From Candidatus Saccharimonadota bacterium (lineage in GTDB: Bacteria; Patescibacteriota; Gracilibacteria; UBA1369; 2-02-FULL-48-14): 32,000 bases of DNA. How positions within the stretch are numbered: position 1 is the first letter of the stretch; every line of letters starts with the position of its first letter. The stretch is from contig JBAZVE010000001.1 of the NCBI GenBank assembly GCA_041661045.1, positions 90,001 through 122,000 on the forward strand, given 5' to 3'. This document shows positions 1 to 7,882 of the stretch, piece by piece. The position numbers were made by a program, and so were the translations under genes. A model generated the notes under the pieces. It saw nothing but the letters and a program-made list of their open reading frames with translations, was not told the origin of the DNA and ran no database searches.

Positions 1-53
1 TGACTATTTTGAAAAAGGATTTACAATCACTACTTATTCATTAAGGATTAAAG

Positions 54-860
54 ATGAGTATAGATCATAGAAAAGAAGACTCTGAGCGGTATCATCGGCG
101 TTTAGCGTCCGTGATTCATTGGTTTTCTCAGGATGTTAACTCAAGCAACGCCGCAAGCTATTTCGAAGCGATTGGCGGTGAGTTAATGACTGAACTCCAC
201 TGCCATACTTCTGTTGGAGTCTCTACTCTACACACACAATGGAGGGCTCTTGATCGAAGCTCTCTTCCCGAGATCAGGGTTTTCCTGGATGATGTGATGG
301 CCGCTTACAACTTGGGTGCCCGTCCAGATTTAACTGAAACCCTTAAAGACTTGAATACTCTCTGGTGGGAGGTGGCTAACGACAGAGGACTCACTGAGAG
401 ACAATGGGGGATTAAAGGAGCAGTCCGGAGAGTTTATATGGATCCAGAATTTTTGCCGGGAGAGGCCAACCGGCACAGTCCTGATTTTTTTGCATCTAGA
501 TCTAGTATTGGACACGAATACTCCGTAGCCATATCTACGGTAAAGCAGGTTAAAAATAGGTTGCCTAGTGTCCGAACATTTGACTCTGAATGTTTAGATT
601 TGGTGAGCACTTTAATCAATTTACTGCCACCATCCTTTGCTCATCGAAAAGAGGAATGGAAGACACTGAGGCTGGCCCCGCACGAAATAAGATTTTCAGG
701 GGTTTTAGCTTTTCTTGATTCTTTAGAACAAGGTCTTGAGGAAGAACTAAGTATGCGGGTTCCTAAAACTGATATGTATTCTCCAGAAAGTGCAGCTCTC
801 CATCAAAAAAATTTAGCTGACAGTTTAGATGCTTTGGATGGAGCCATTTGGGGGACTTAA
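54..860 (+). CDS. hypothetical protein, 268 aa, no recognisable domain
   Basis: Uninterrupted ORF with an ATG preceded by a purine tract (AAGGA). Converges on the tRNA-Phe 3' end. Contains a YMDPEFL block similar to YMDPSFL in the 5538..6290 product. Confidence 0.55.
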   Translation: MSIDHRKEDSERYHRRLASVIHWFSQDVNSSNAASYFEAIGGELMTELHCHTSVGVSTLHTQWRALDRSSLPEIRVFLDDVMAAYNLGARPDLTETLKDLNTLWWEVANDRGLTERQWGIKGAVRRVYMDPEFLPGEANRHSPDFFASRSSIGHEYSVAISTVKQVKNRLPSVRTFDSECLDLVSTLINLLPPSFAHRKEEWKTLRLAPHEIRFSGVLAFLDSLEQGLEEELSMRVPKTDMYSPESAALHQKNLADSLDALDGAIWGT

Positions 861-864
861 TAAG

Positions 865-941
865 TGGTGCCGCGAGACGGAATTGAACCATCGACACGAG
901 GATTTTCAATCCTCTGCTCTACCACTGAGCTACCGCGGCAC
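865..941 (-). tRNA. tRNA-Phe (anticodon GAA), CCA encoded
   Basis: The reverse complement reads GTGCCGCGGTAGCTCAGTGGTAGAGCAGAGGATTGAAAATCCTCGTGTCGATGGTTCAATTCCGTCTCGCGGCACCA. The acceptor stem GTGCCGC (positions 1-7) pairs with GCGGCAC just before the 3' CCA. The anticodon stem is GAGGA/TCCTC with loop TTGAAAA (anticodon GAA). A GGTTCAATTCC T-loop is present. Confidence 0.92.
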
Positions 942-1010
942 TCGGCAGACCTTTGAGTCTGCTGAGGGCTAGTTTACTGATTTCTTTGGACAGCGCAACG
1001 AAAAATAAGC

Positions 1011-1039
1011 TTGCAGTTCTTAAAAAGTCGTTTTATACT
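1011..1039 (+). promoter_or_regulatory. candidate sigma70 promoter for rpmG
   Basis: TTGCAG (1011-1016), 17-nt spacer, TATACT (1034-1039), ending 25 nt upstream of the rpmG ATG. Confidence 0.45.
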
Positions 1040-1063
1040 CCTCCAGCTTTCGACTAAACAATT

Positions 1064-1261
1064 ATGGCAAAAGGTAAATCAACTCCGTATGTCTGGATCT
1101 GCCAGGAAACCCGAATGATCAATGGATCAGGTTGGGCTCAACGAGAAAAAATAAAGGACATGACTCGTATGAAGTATTGTCCTACGCTTCGAAAGCGCAC
1201 TGAGCACAAGGCTAAACCTGTTAAGAAGGGTGGAACCAAGGCTTTAGTTAACGCCAAATAG
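1064..1261 (+). CDS. rpmG: 50S ribosomal protein L33, Zn-free (C-minus) type with a Lys-rich C-terminal extension
   Basis: MAKGK start and [15 protein letters not shown] match the L33 signature (KKYCP.C.KHT.HKE). Only one Cys remains in each former CxxC pair. The 3' end overlaps the convergent VIT1 gene by 18 nt. Confidence 0.8.
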   Translation: MAKGKSTPYVWICQETRMINGSGWAQREKIKDMTRMKYCPTLRKRTEHKAKPVKKGGTKALVNAK

Positions 1262-1942
1262 TTTTCCGAGCAGGTCTCCCACAAGGTAAGCGATGGCTGC
1301 GGCCGTACCGCCCATTAAGGCTGTCTCCATACCGGTTGCAAGCCAGTGACGGTTGCTGAATCGGGATTTAACCGTACCCACAAAAAACAGGGCCAGGAGC
1401 GTGCTCAAACAGGTTCCAAGAAAAATATTCTTCCCGTCTCCTCCCACAACGCTTTGAAATGAGTAGCCCAAAAGGGGGATGAGCCCGATGACGATGAAGG
1501 CCATGAAAGTGGAAAAGGCGCCTTTTAACGGGTTGATGTTCTCCTCAATCACATTGAATTCATGGTTCAGCATGATTTTGAGCCAGGTTTTGGGGTTGCT
1601 GGTGATCACTGTTTCCGCCCTATTCAAATCTTCTCCTTTGAATCCGAATTTACGGAAGATTTCCCGAATTTCTTCGCGTTCTTCATGAGGTTTTTCCAAA
1701 ATAGACTGCATTTCGTCCAGTTTTATGGAGTGAATACGGTCCAGTTCTGATTTGTCGCTCAAATATTTTCCTGTGGCCATCGAGAAGCCATCCGCAAGCA
1801 GATTTGCAAAACCAAGGATCAAAATAACAGGTGTAGAGAGCTCGGCCCCCACCACCCCCGCCACCACGGCAAAAGTGGTTACGGCACCGTCGATTCCCCC
1901 ATAAACGAAGTCCGGGAACCAGTTGTAATGATTTTTTTTCAT
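1244..1942 (-). CDS. VIT1/CCC1-family iron/manganese transporter
   Basis: The N-terminal [19 protein letters not shown] motif, a central soluble helical segment and C-terminal TM helices are typical of the VIT family. Confidence 0.8.
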   Translation of the reverse strand: MKKNHYNWFPDFVYGGIDGAVTTFAVVAGVVGAELSTPVILILGFANLLADGFSMATGKYLSDKSELDRIHSIKLDEMQSILEKPHEEREEIREIFRKFGFKGEDLNRAETVITSNPKTWLKIMLNHEFNVIEENINPLKGAFSTFMAFIVIGLIPLLGYSFQSVVGGDGKNIFLGTCLSTLLALFFVGTVKSRFSNRHWLATGMETALMGGTAAAIAYLVGDLLGKLFGVN

Positions 1943-1995
1943 AGCGTTGGCTTATTGCATCTATTACAATACTCCTGTTTTTACGCACCCTCCAC

Positions 1996-2760
1996 ATGAA
2001 GATTCTTTGCTGGAATGTGAATGGCATCCGAGCGGTGCTTAAAAAGGGTTTCCTGGATCTTTTGGAGAAGGAAGCCCCGGCCGTTTTGTGCATACAGGAA
2101 AGTAAAATTCAAGCGCACCAGTTGACGCAGGAAATGATCAATCCGCTGGGTTATTACAGCGAGTGGGTTTCGGCCAGCCAAGCCGGATACAGTGGGGTGG
2201 CTACTTTTTCTAAAACTAAGGCGCTGCGGGTGCAAAAAGAGTTGGGCGGAGGCCGCCATGATGACGAAGGCCGGCTCGTGCTGACGGAATTTCCGGAATT
2301 TGTGCTGGTGAATGTGTACATTCCCAATGGCGGCCGCGGCGACCATCGGGTGGAATACAAACTCAATTATTACGACGAGATGTTGGATGTGCTGGAGAGC
2401 CTGCGCAAACAGGGTAAAAATGTGATTGTGTGTGGAGATTTCAATACCGCACACACCGAAATCGACCTCGCCCACCCCCGAGAAAATGAGGGGATCAGCG
2501 GGTTTTTGCCCGTGGAACGCGCTTGGATTAGTAAATTTATTGCAGCCGGCTACATCGATACCTTCCGCCACTTCCACCCCGATGAACCGAACCACTACAC
2601 TTGGTGGAGTTACCGCACGGCGGCGCGGCAGCGGAACATTGGCTGGCGTATCGACTATTTTTTTGTGAACAAAGAATTCCTGCCCCACATCAAACGCGCC
2701 TGGATTTTAAATGATGTCGAAGGCAGCGATCACTGTCCCATTGGGATAGAGATTGAATAA
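1996..2760 (+). CDS. xth: exodeoxyribonuclease III (AP endonuclease)
   Basis: MKILCWNVNGIRA, LCIQESK, GDFNTAH and C-terminal SDHCPI are the classic ExoIII/APE1 motifs. Confidence 0.92.
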   Translation: MKILCWNVNGIRAVLKKGFLDLLEKEAPAVLCIQESKIQAHQLTQEMINPLGYYSEWVSASQAGYSGVATFSKTKALRVQKELGGGRHDDEGRLVLTEFPEFVLVNVYIPNGGRGDHRVEYKLNYYDEMLDVLESLRKQGKNVIVCGDFNTAHTEIDLAHPRENEGISGFLPVERAWISKFIAAGYIDTFRHFHPDEPNHYTWWSYRTAARQRNIGWRIDYFFVNKEFLPHIKRAWILNDVEGSDHCPIGIEIE

Positions 2761-2770
2761 AACTAGGCTT

Positions 2771-3277
2771 TTATTGGGCTGCCAGATATCTCACAAACCT
2801 GAATGTGAAGCCTTTTTCTTCCATTTCTTCAGAAATCTCTTTCATCAGAAAACCGGCCGGAATTTCCGGGAAAAAAGCATCACAGTCCACTGTCCCCTCC
2901 ACTTCGGTGAGGAACAATTCGTGGCAAGCCGGATGCAGAATGGCCTCTGCATACAAGGACGCTCCTCCAATCACAAATGCTTTCTGCTCGGGGGCGTTTT
3001 GTTCGGCAAGAGCGAGGGCTTCATCCAAGGAATGAGCCAATAAGACACCCTCAGGAAGAGTTTGTTCTCCCCTGCTTATTACGATATTGAGTCTTTCCTT
3101 GAGCGGACGATACGCCTCCGGCAAGGACTCCCAAGTTTTTCTTCCCATGATTACCACGCCGCCTTTCGTCACGCTTGCGAAGTGTTTTAAATCTGCAGAA
3201 AGATGCCAAGGGAGGCCATTGTCTTTTCCAATCCCTCGGTTCTCATCCATGGCGGCAATGATGGAGAAGTTTTTCAC
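2771..3277 (-). CDS. folA: dihydrofolate reductase
   Basis: [18 protein letters not shown] and [12 protein letters not shown] are DHFR signatures. The start overlaps the thyA stop by 4 nt (ATGA coupling). Confidence 0.92.
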   Translation of the reverse strand: MKNFSIIAAMDENRGIGKDNGLPWHLSADLKHFASVTKGGVVIMGRKTWESLPEAYRPLKERLNIVISRGEQTLPEGVLLAHSLDEALALAEQNAPEQKAFVIGGASLYAEAILHPACHELFLTEVEGTVDCDAFFPEIPAGFLMKEISEEMEEKGFTFRFVRYLAAQ

Positions 3278-4062
3278 ACCGCTACTTCAAATTTAATAAA
3301 AGGATCGTGTTCGTAGCCTACGAGTTCGAAGTCTTCAAACTTCAAATCCCAGAAAGGCTTTTTTGCGATTTTTAGGGTGGGGAGTTTTTTGGGGATGCGA
3401 GTGAGCTGCTCTTTCAGGCCCTCGATGTGGTTGAGGTAAATGTGCGCATCCCCCATGGTGTGGGTGAAAATTCCGGGCTCCAGTCCGCACTCCTGCGCCA
3501 CCATCATCATGAGGGCGGCGTAACTCGCGATATTGAAGGGCACCCCGAGCGCGATATCCGCACTGCGTTGGTAGAGTTGGCAGTCGAGGCGGCCTTTGAC
3601 CACATAAAACTGAAAGAACATGTGGCAAGGTGGCAGCGCCATTTTGTCGATCTCCCCCACATTCCAGGCGTTCACAATGAGCCGACGAGAATTGGGATTG
3701 GTTTTGATTTGGTCTATCACATTTTGGATTTGATCGATGTGGCGCCCATCCTTGCTTTCCCAGTCGCGCCACTGTTTTCCATACACGGGCCCCAATTCTC
3801 CGTTTTCATCCGCCCAGGCGTTCCAAATGGGCGTGTGCTGCACGAGATCGTCGTTGATGTTGGTGGACCCGCGCAGAAACCACAGCAATTCATACAAAAC
3901 GGCATCGAACTTCACTTTTTTTGTGGTGAGCAAAGGAAAACCCTCTCGAAGATCGTACTTGCGCTGCATTCCGAAGATCGAGAGGGTCCCGGTTCCAGTT
4001 CTGTCTTCCTTTTTTTCGCCCTTTTCAAGGACTTCTGCGACGAGTGAGAGGTAGTGGTGCAT
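3274..4062 (-). CDS. thyA: thymidylate synthase (ThyA type)
   Basis: [42 protein letters not shown] and [11 protein letters not shown] match ThyA. The start is placed at the internal ATG 4062, which aligns with canonical ThyA N-termini. The ORF track extends to 4149. Confidence 0.92.
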   Translation of the reverse strand: MHHYLSLVAEVLEKGEKKEDRTGTGTLSIFGMQRKYDLREGFPLLTTKKVKFDAVLYELLWFLRGSTNINDDLVQHTPIWNAWADENGELGPVYGKQWRDWESKDGRHIDQIQNVIDQIKTNPNSRRLIVNAWNVGEIDKMALPPCHMFFQFYVVKGRLDCQLYQRSADIALGVPFNIASYAALMMMVAQECGLEPGIFTHTMGDAHIYLNHIEGLKEQLTRIPKKLPTLKIAKKPFWDLKFEDFELVGYEHDPFIKFEVAV

Positions 4063-4120
4063 AAGGGGGGTGCCAACTTGGTGAGGCAAGATTAGCACCC
4101 CGATGTGGGTGGGGCAACCG

Positions 4121-4339
4121 TCAGTCCATACAGGAAAGGATTCCACCAAGAGGCAGCTGGGTATAACAATCTGTGACTTTATTTACTGTACTTTCTGGGA
4201 TATTCCGCGCCCTAAGGGCATCTCCAACAGACATCGCAATTCCTCTCAAATCGGCGGCTAATTCTGGTGACATTGGCATTGCCCCGTATTGAGTCTCATG
4301 GAGAAAGCGATCGGCGAGTGCATTGATTTGAGCAGTCAT
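4121..4339 (-). CDS. hypothetical small protein, 72 aa
   Basis: ORF sitting 19 nt downstream of the 375-aa ORF and 58 nt upstream of the thyA ATG, on the same strand. No motif recognised. Confidence 0.4.
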   Translation of the reverse strand: MTAQINALADRFLHETQYGAMPMSPELAADLRGIAMSVGDALRARNIPESTVNKVTDCYTQLPLGGILSCMD

Positions 4340-4358
4340 AAATTTTAGTGTTATGGAT

Positions 4359-5486
4359 TTAAGAAGTAATGAGGGCTTGGATTTTCTCGACTTGGGCGCT
4401 TATCCCAGGGTGGGCGAGAAGGGAGTTTTCCTTTGGGACATCCACAAAGCGGTAAGCTATATGATAACCCATTCCTCTTCCAAAGGACTCAATGTTTTTA
4501 CCAAGATTTTCGATGTGAAGGCTTGTTTCCCTGCACAAATCTGGGAGTAGGTTTGGGTGCCGCTCTTTTACAATAGCCAGAACCCTATGAAGGGTTTGCA
4601 TGAAAGGTATCTGGAATTCAGGGGAATGTACCTCAGGACTAAGCGTAACATTATATCGATGATCATCTTTCGGAAGCACGGTGGACAATACATAAGCCCC
4701 TAGTTTCGCACCTGAAAGTAACTGCTCTGACATCGTAAGGTTTGATACTGCATCTTTTATAAAAACCGCTCGGCGAGTACCAAGATAATGGTGTCGAAAT
4801 ACTTCATACTCTTCGTCCGTAATTTCTGTTATCAGTCGGGATGAAGGAAGTGCTTCTGCAATATGAAAACCTGTAGATGCATCATATGCAGTTGAGCTAG
4901 GTGAAAGATGCACGGAAAGGCCTCCATCATGCATCTCAACTAAACCTTGAACCAATCTTTCCACATGAGCATCGGGGATTTCTTCTAGTGCCATTGCCTC
5001 TCGGAGCCGTTTCCCAGGCGTGGGTTCGGAAATAATCCTACAATCTTTATAGGAGATTCCTAAGAGTCTTGCCCCCAGACTAGTCTCGCTGAGTACTCTT
5101 CTTACCCTAGCCTGTATCATGAAATTCATCTGCTGTGGTGTCAATCCTTTGTAAGGGATTAAATCTTCGCCTTTGAAAGTTTTTTGGACAAAGGGTTCTC
5201 CGCCTCGGTGTGAAATCAGTGTGTCTTTCCCTGTAAAGGTATGGGTTTCCTCTAAGATCTCTGTGGGCTGGGAACTCTCTGAGACTCCCCCATAAGTTAG
5301 TTTGTATTCATCAAGCAACCTTGCCAGTTTTGGATCGATTTTCCTCGATTGAGTGCGTCCTTTTTCGACTGACAGGGCTACCCCATCTTCTTTAAGTTTT
5401 ATGTAGGGCTGAACGGCAGTCCATTTTATCCTGCGTTGCAATTCTTCCTCCTGTTCCGCTTTTTCTGTTTTGACTAGTGTGTCCAT
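4359..5486 (-). CDS. hypothetical protein, 375 aa, no recognisable domain
   Basis: Long uninterrupted ORF with an ATG start 17 nt downstream of the 29-nt hairpin repeat. Confidence 0.65.
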   Translation of the reverse strand: MDTLVKTEKAEQEEELQRRIKWTAVQPYIKLKEDGVALSVEKGRTQSRKIDPKLARLLDEYKLTYGGVSESSQPTEILEETHTFTGKDTLISHRGGEPFVQKTFKGEDLIPYKGLTPQQMNFMIQARVRRVLSETSLGARLLGISYKDCRIISEPTPGKRLREAMALEEIPDAHVERLVQGLVEMHDGGLSVHLSPSSTAYDASTGFHIAEALPSSRLITEITDEEYEVFRHHYLGTRRAVFIKDAVSNLTMSEQLLSGAKLGAYVLSTVLPKDDHRYNVTLSPEVHSPEFQIPFMQTLHRVLAIVKERHPNLLPDLCRETSLHIENLGKNIESFGRGMGYHIAYRFVDVPKENSLLAHPGISAQVEKIQALITS

Positions 5487-5503
5487 AAATTTTTAGAATA
5501 AAA

Positions 5504-5532
5504 TAAATAAAAATCCCTCTTCTCAGAGGGCT
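5504..5532 (-). terminator. intrinsic-terminator-like hairpin, copy 1 of a 29-nt exact repeat
   Basis: The minus strand reads AGCCCTCTGAGAAGAGGGATTTTTATTTA. The stem is CCCTCT/AGAGGG with a GAGA (GNRA) loop, followed by a T-rich tract. It lies 5 nt after the stop of the 5538.. ORF and 17 nt before the ATG at 5486. Confidence 0.5.
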
Positions 5533-5537
5533 ACAGT

Positions 5538-6290
5538 TCAATGGCAAAGATGTTCTTTCTTAACAAAACGCAAGGACGGTAAAAAAGAACTGCCCACCTG
5601 AGGATTGCCTGCTGCTAATCCAGTAAATGGGGTGTTGCAACGCCGATTAAATGTTGCAATTGCTTGGGTATAATGTTCTGCCATGGCTTCATCAATTGGA
5701 ATTAATGTAATGTCCTGTGTGAGGAATCCGTGACCGTATCGAATGACCTTAAGTTCTGGAAAATAAACCCTCATTCCTGTCACTCCATAGTCACTTAAAT
5801 CGTGAGTTGCGATTTGAGCCTCTAGTAGATCTGAATCTAAGGCTGCAGCCTCTTTCAGCATCAGGTTGACATGCAAAATATTTTCTTCATCTGTATCAGC
5901 AAGGCATTGATTAAAAATTTGCGTATTGAGTGCAGATAGTCTTCGTGTAGAAATGATCGCAGCGTCTACATCATTTGCACTGAATTCATGCAATTTTTCC
6001 ATGGCTCTTTCGTGAGCTTCTTCACCTTTTGGATAAATAAGAAACGATGGATCCATATATGCGTCCACATCATCCCCTCTTAGTCTTAGCGCTATCACAG
6101 GGCGAATTTTTTCAAGAGGGACTTGTGCGTTATAAATTTTTCTGTGTTGCGGTTGGTATATGCCTTTCATAGTGTAGTGGGTTAAATAAAAATCCCTCTT
6201 CTCAGAGGGCTTAAAGGAGTTGAGTTTGATGTGAATTAAATGTGGCGCACGCGCCAGGCCCTCTGAATTGATTTCAAAGAGTTCCACCAT
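5538..6290 (-). CDS. hypothetical protein, start uncertain (ATG 6290 or ATG 6170; the ORF track uses TTG 6386)
   Basis: The frame is open from 6386 to 5538. The TTG at 6386 coincides with a TTGACT -35-like hexamer. Copy 2 of the terminator-like repeat lies in frame at 6183-6211, 12 nt upstream of the ATG at 6170. Confidence 0.55.
   Translation of the reverse strand: MVELFEINSEGLARAPHLIHIKLNSFKPSEKRDFYLTHYTMKGIYQPQHRKIYNAQVPLEKIRPVIALRLRGDDVDAYMDPSFLIYPKGEEAHERAMEKLHEFSANDVDAAIISTRRLSALNTQIFNQCLADTDEENILHVNLMLKEAAALDSDLLEAQIATHDLSDYGVTGMRVYFPELKVIRYGHGFLTQDITLIPIDEAMAEHYTQAIATFNRRCNTPFTGLAAGNPQVGSSFLPSLRFVKKEHLCH
6183..6211 (-). repeat. copy 2 of the 29-nt exact repeat (terminator-like hairpin plus T tract)
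   Basis: TAAATAAAAATCCCTCTTCTCAGAGGGCT on the plus strand is identical at 5504-5532 and 6183-6211. Confidence 0.85.
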
Positions 6291-6320
6291 TTTTGGGTGT
6301 TTTTTGTGGCGAAATTGTTC

Positions 6321-6386
6321 GTGACTTTTGAATTCATGCTTGCTATGATGTACTCGTACGATAGTACGGACCACGATATTAGTCAA
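6321..6386. promoter_or_regulatory. candidate overlapping divergent promoters with a GTAC-rich inverted repeat
   Basis: Plus strand: GTGACT (6321-6326), 17 nt, TGcTATGAT (6341-6349). Minus strand: TTGACT (6386-6381), 17 nt, TATCGT (6363-6358). Inverted repeat CGTAC-GATA-GTACG at 6355-6368, with GTAC at 6350, 6356 and 6364. Confidence 0.3.
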
Positions 6387-6391
6387 GCCCT

Positions 6392-6655
6392 ATGCGCCAA
6401 AACCACACTGCCCTCAAAAATATTTCAAAGACCTTTGTATTGGCGGAAAGTAAAAAAACGATGATGAAACTTTTGAGTGATCTCCTCACCCCCGCTGAAA
6501 TCCATGACATTCATGAACGGATTCTCATTATGCAAGAACTCTACAAAGGCAAACCTCAACGAGAGATTGCAAAGAAACTGGGCGTGAGCATCGCCAAAGT
6601 GAGCCGTGGCTCCCAAGTCCTGCAGTATGGAGAAGGAAGCTTTGACCCTTTATAA
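6392..6655 (+). CDS. TrpR-family (YerC/YecD-like) small helix-turn-helix protein
   Basis: LLTPAEIHDIHERILIMQELYKGKPQREIAKKLGVSIAKVSRGSQVLQYG matches the TrpR/YerC pattern LLTP.E..R..I..EL..G..QREI...LG.SIA..SRGS..L. Confidence 0.75.
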   Translation: MRQNHTALKNISKTFVLAESKKTMMKLLSDLLTPAEIHDIHERILIMQELYKGKPQREIAKKLGVSIAKVSRGSQVLQYGEGSFDPL

Positions 6656-6675
6656 TTTTATGTTAAAATAGATGT

Positions 6676-7392
6676 ATGAGTGGTAATGACAACGCAACTG
6701 GTTTATCCCCTTTCGATCCCGAAGATTTAGATTACGGCCCTGAGCCCGAGCTTGTTGAAGTGACTTTACGGTTTCCTGATTTGGGTTTTCAAGATGATCT
6801 CGAGGGTTCAGAGCAGCTTGCTTTCCATTCAATCATTGATCAACTTCGAGAGTTTGGGTTGAAATTTCAGCACCTTGCCCTTGATGGGACCTACAGCATG
6901 ACTGGAACGAACCTTAGCCCCGAGCAGTTCCAAGCGGTTGGGGCTTTTTTAAGAAAACTTAAGGATGACACCGTGCTCAGTCAAATCATCTCAACGCTAC
7001 AAGTCCTTCCCCAAGGGGACACTCCTCCGGATGGCGTTCCTCTCCTTATCCAAATAGATGGAGCGCCATTAACACAGGCGCAAGTGCGGGAGGTTCTTGG
7101 TTTTGTGGAAGACTTCGATTTGGACGCTGTTTCAGTCTGTGGCAGTCTTGATGGGCGCGCTGCCACCTTAGATGCTCTTGGCGATACGGACCTCCGAGAG
7201 TCCATGGAGACTTTATTGGGGGAGAGTTTTTCCTTTTCTGGCATTACGCTTCATGCTCCTGACGGGTTCTCACCTCTCGGGCATGACTACCTTAAGACCC
7301 TCTCTGGATGGCTTCGTATTCAGGGTGTTGGTGTCAGTACAAGTTTTTACTCCGTTCGGGCACCAGCAGAAAGCGAGACCGACTTTGAGTAG
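6676..7392 (+). CDS. hypothetical acidic protein, 238 aa
   Basis: ORF 20 nt downstream of the TrpR-like gene, probably in the same operon. The product is Asp/Glu-rich. The 3' end overlaps the convergent YbaK-like gene by 59 nt. Confidence 0.55.
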   Translation: MSGNDNATGLSPFDPEDLDYGPEPELVEVTLRFPDLGFQDDLEGSEQLAFHSIIDQLREFGLKFQHLALDGTYSMTGTNLSPEQFQAVGAFLRKLKDDTVLSQIISTLQVLPQGDTPPDGVPLLIQIDGAPLTQAQVREVLGFVEDFDLDAVSVCGSLDGRAATLDALGDTDLRESMETLLGESFSFSGITLHAPDGFSPLGHDYLKTLSGWLRIQGVGVSTSFYSVRAPAESETDFE

Positions 7393-7834
7393 CTGTAATA
7401 AAAGATTGGATGTCTTCGGCGGAGATGACTAGGGTGGCGGTGTTCACCAAGGGGTGACACTGCAAAGCCTCGCCGCGCAGAGTTTCGTCGAGGATGAGTT
7501 CCACTTGGTGAGTTTTGTCGTTGAAAAGCCCCAGAATGGTGACGGAGCCGGGCTCCACGCCGAGGTGTGTTTTCATAGCCTCCGCGGAGGCAAAATGGAG
7601 CTTGGTTTCGCCCAGTTCTTTTTCCAAAGCTTTCAAATCGGCGCGTTTGTCTTCTTTAATGGACACAATGTAATAGCGGCTTCCGTTTCGATTGGTGATG
7701 AAAAGATTTTTGATTTTTGCGCCGGGCATGGGCGGGCACAGAAGGTTCCCCTCTTCACAGGTGAAAACGGCGGGATGATCGAAGCGCTCGTACGATATAC
7801 CGTGCGCGTCTAAAAAGTTGAGAAGTTCTTGCAT
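7334..7834 (-). CDS. YbaK/ProX-type aminoacyl-tRNA deacylase domain protein
   Basis: MQELLNFLDAHGISYERFDHPAVFTCEE, KNLFITNRNG, LGVEPGSVTILGL and HPLVNTATLVI fit the YbaK/ProRS-associated editing domain. The start is set at ATG 7834, because the ORF-track extension to 8200 runs antisense into rarA. Confidence 0.78.
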   Translation of the reverse strand: MQELLNFLDAHGISYERFDHPAVFTCEEGNLLCPPMPGAKIKNLFITNRNGSRYYIVSIKEDKRADLKALEKELGETKLHFASAEAMKTHLGVEPGSVTILGLFNDKTHQVELILDETLRGEALQCHPLVNTATLVISAEDIQSFITATQSRSRFLLVPERSKNLY

Positions 7835-7882
7835 GGGCCAAGCATAGCATGATCTCCTGATTCGTGTATACTTCAAGCTGCT

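Noticed and set aside
1981-2688. 235-aa ORF antisense to xth, and similar shadow ORFs such as 3427..4047, 8297..8866 and 16500..17072
   Set aside because: These are shadow ORFs inside confidently identified genes (xth, thyA, rarA, pnp).
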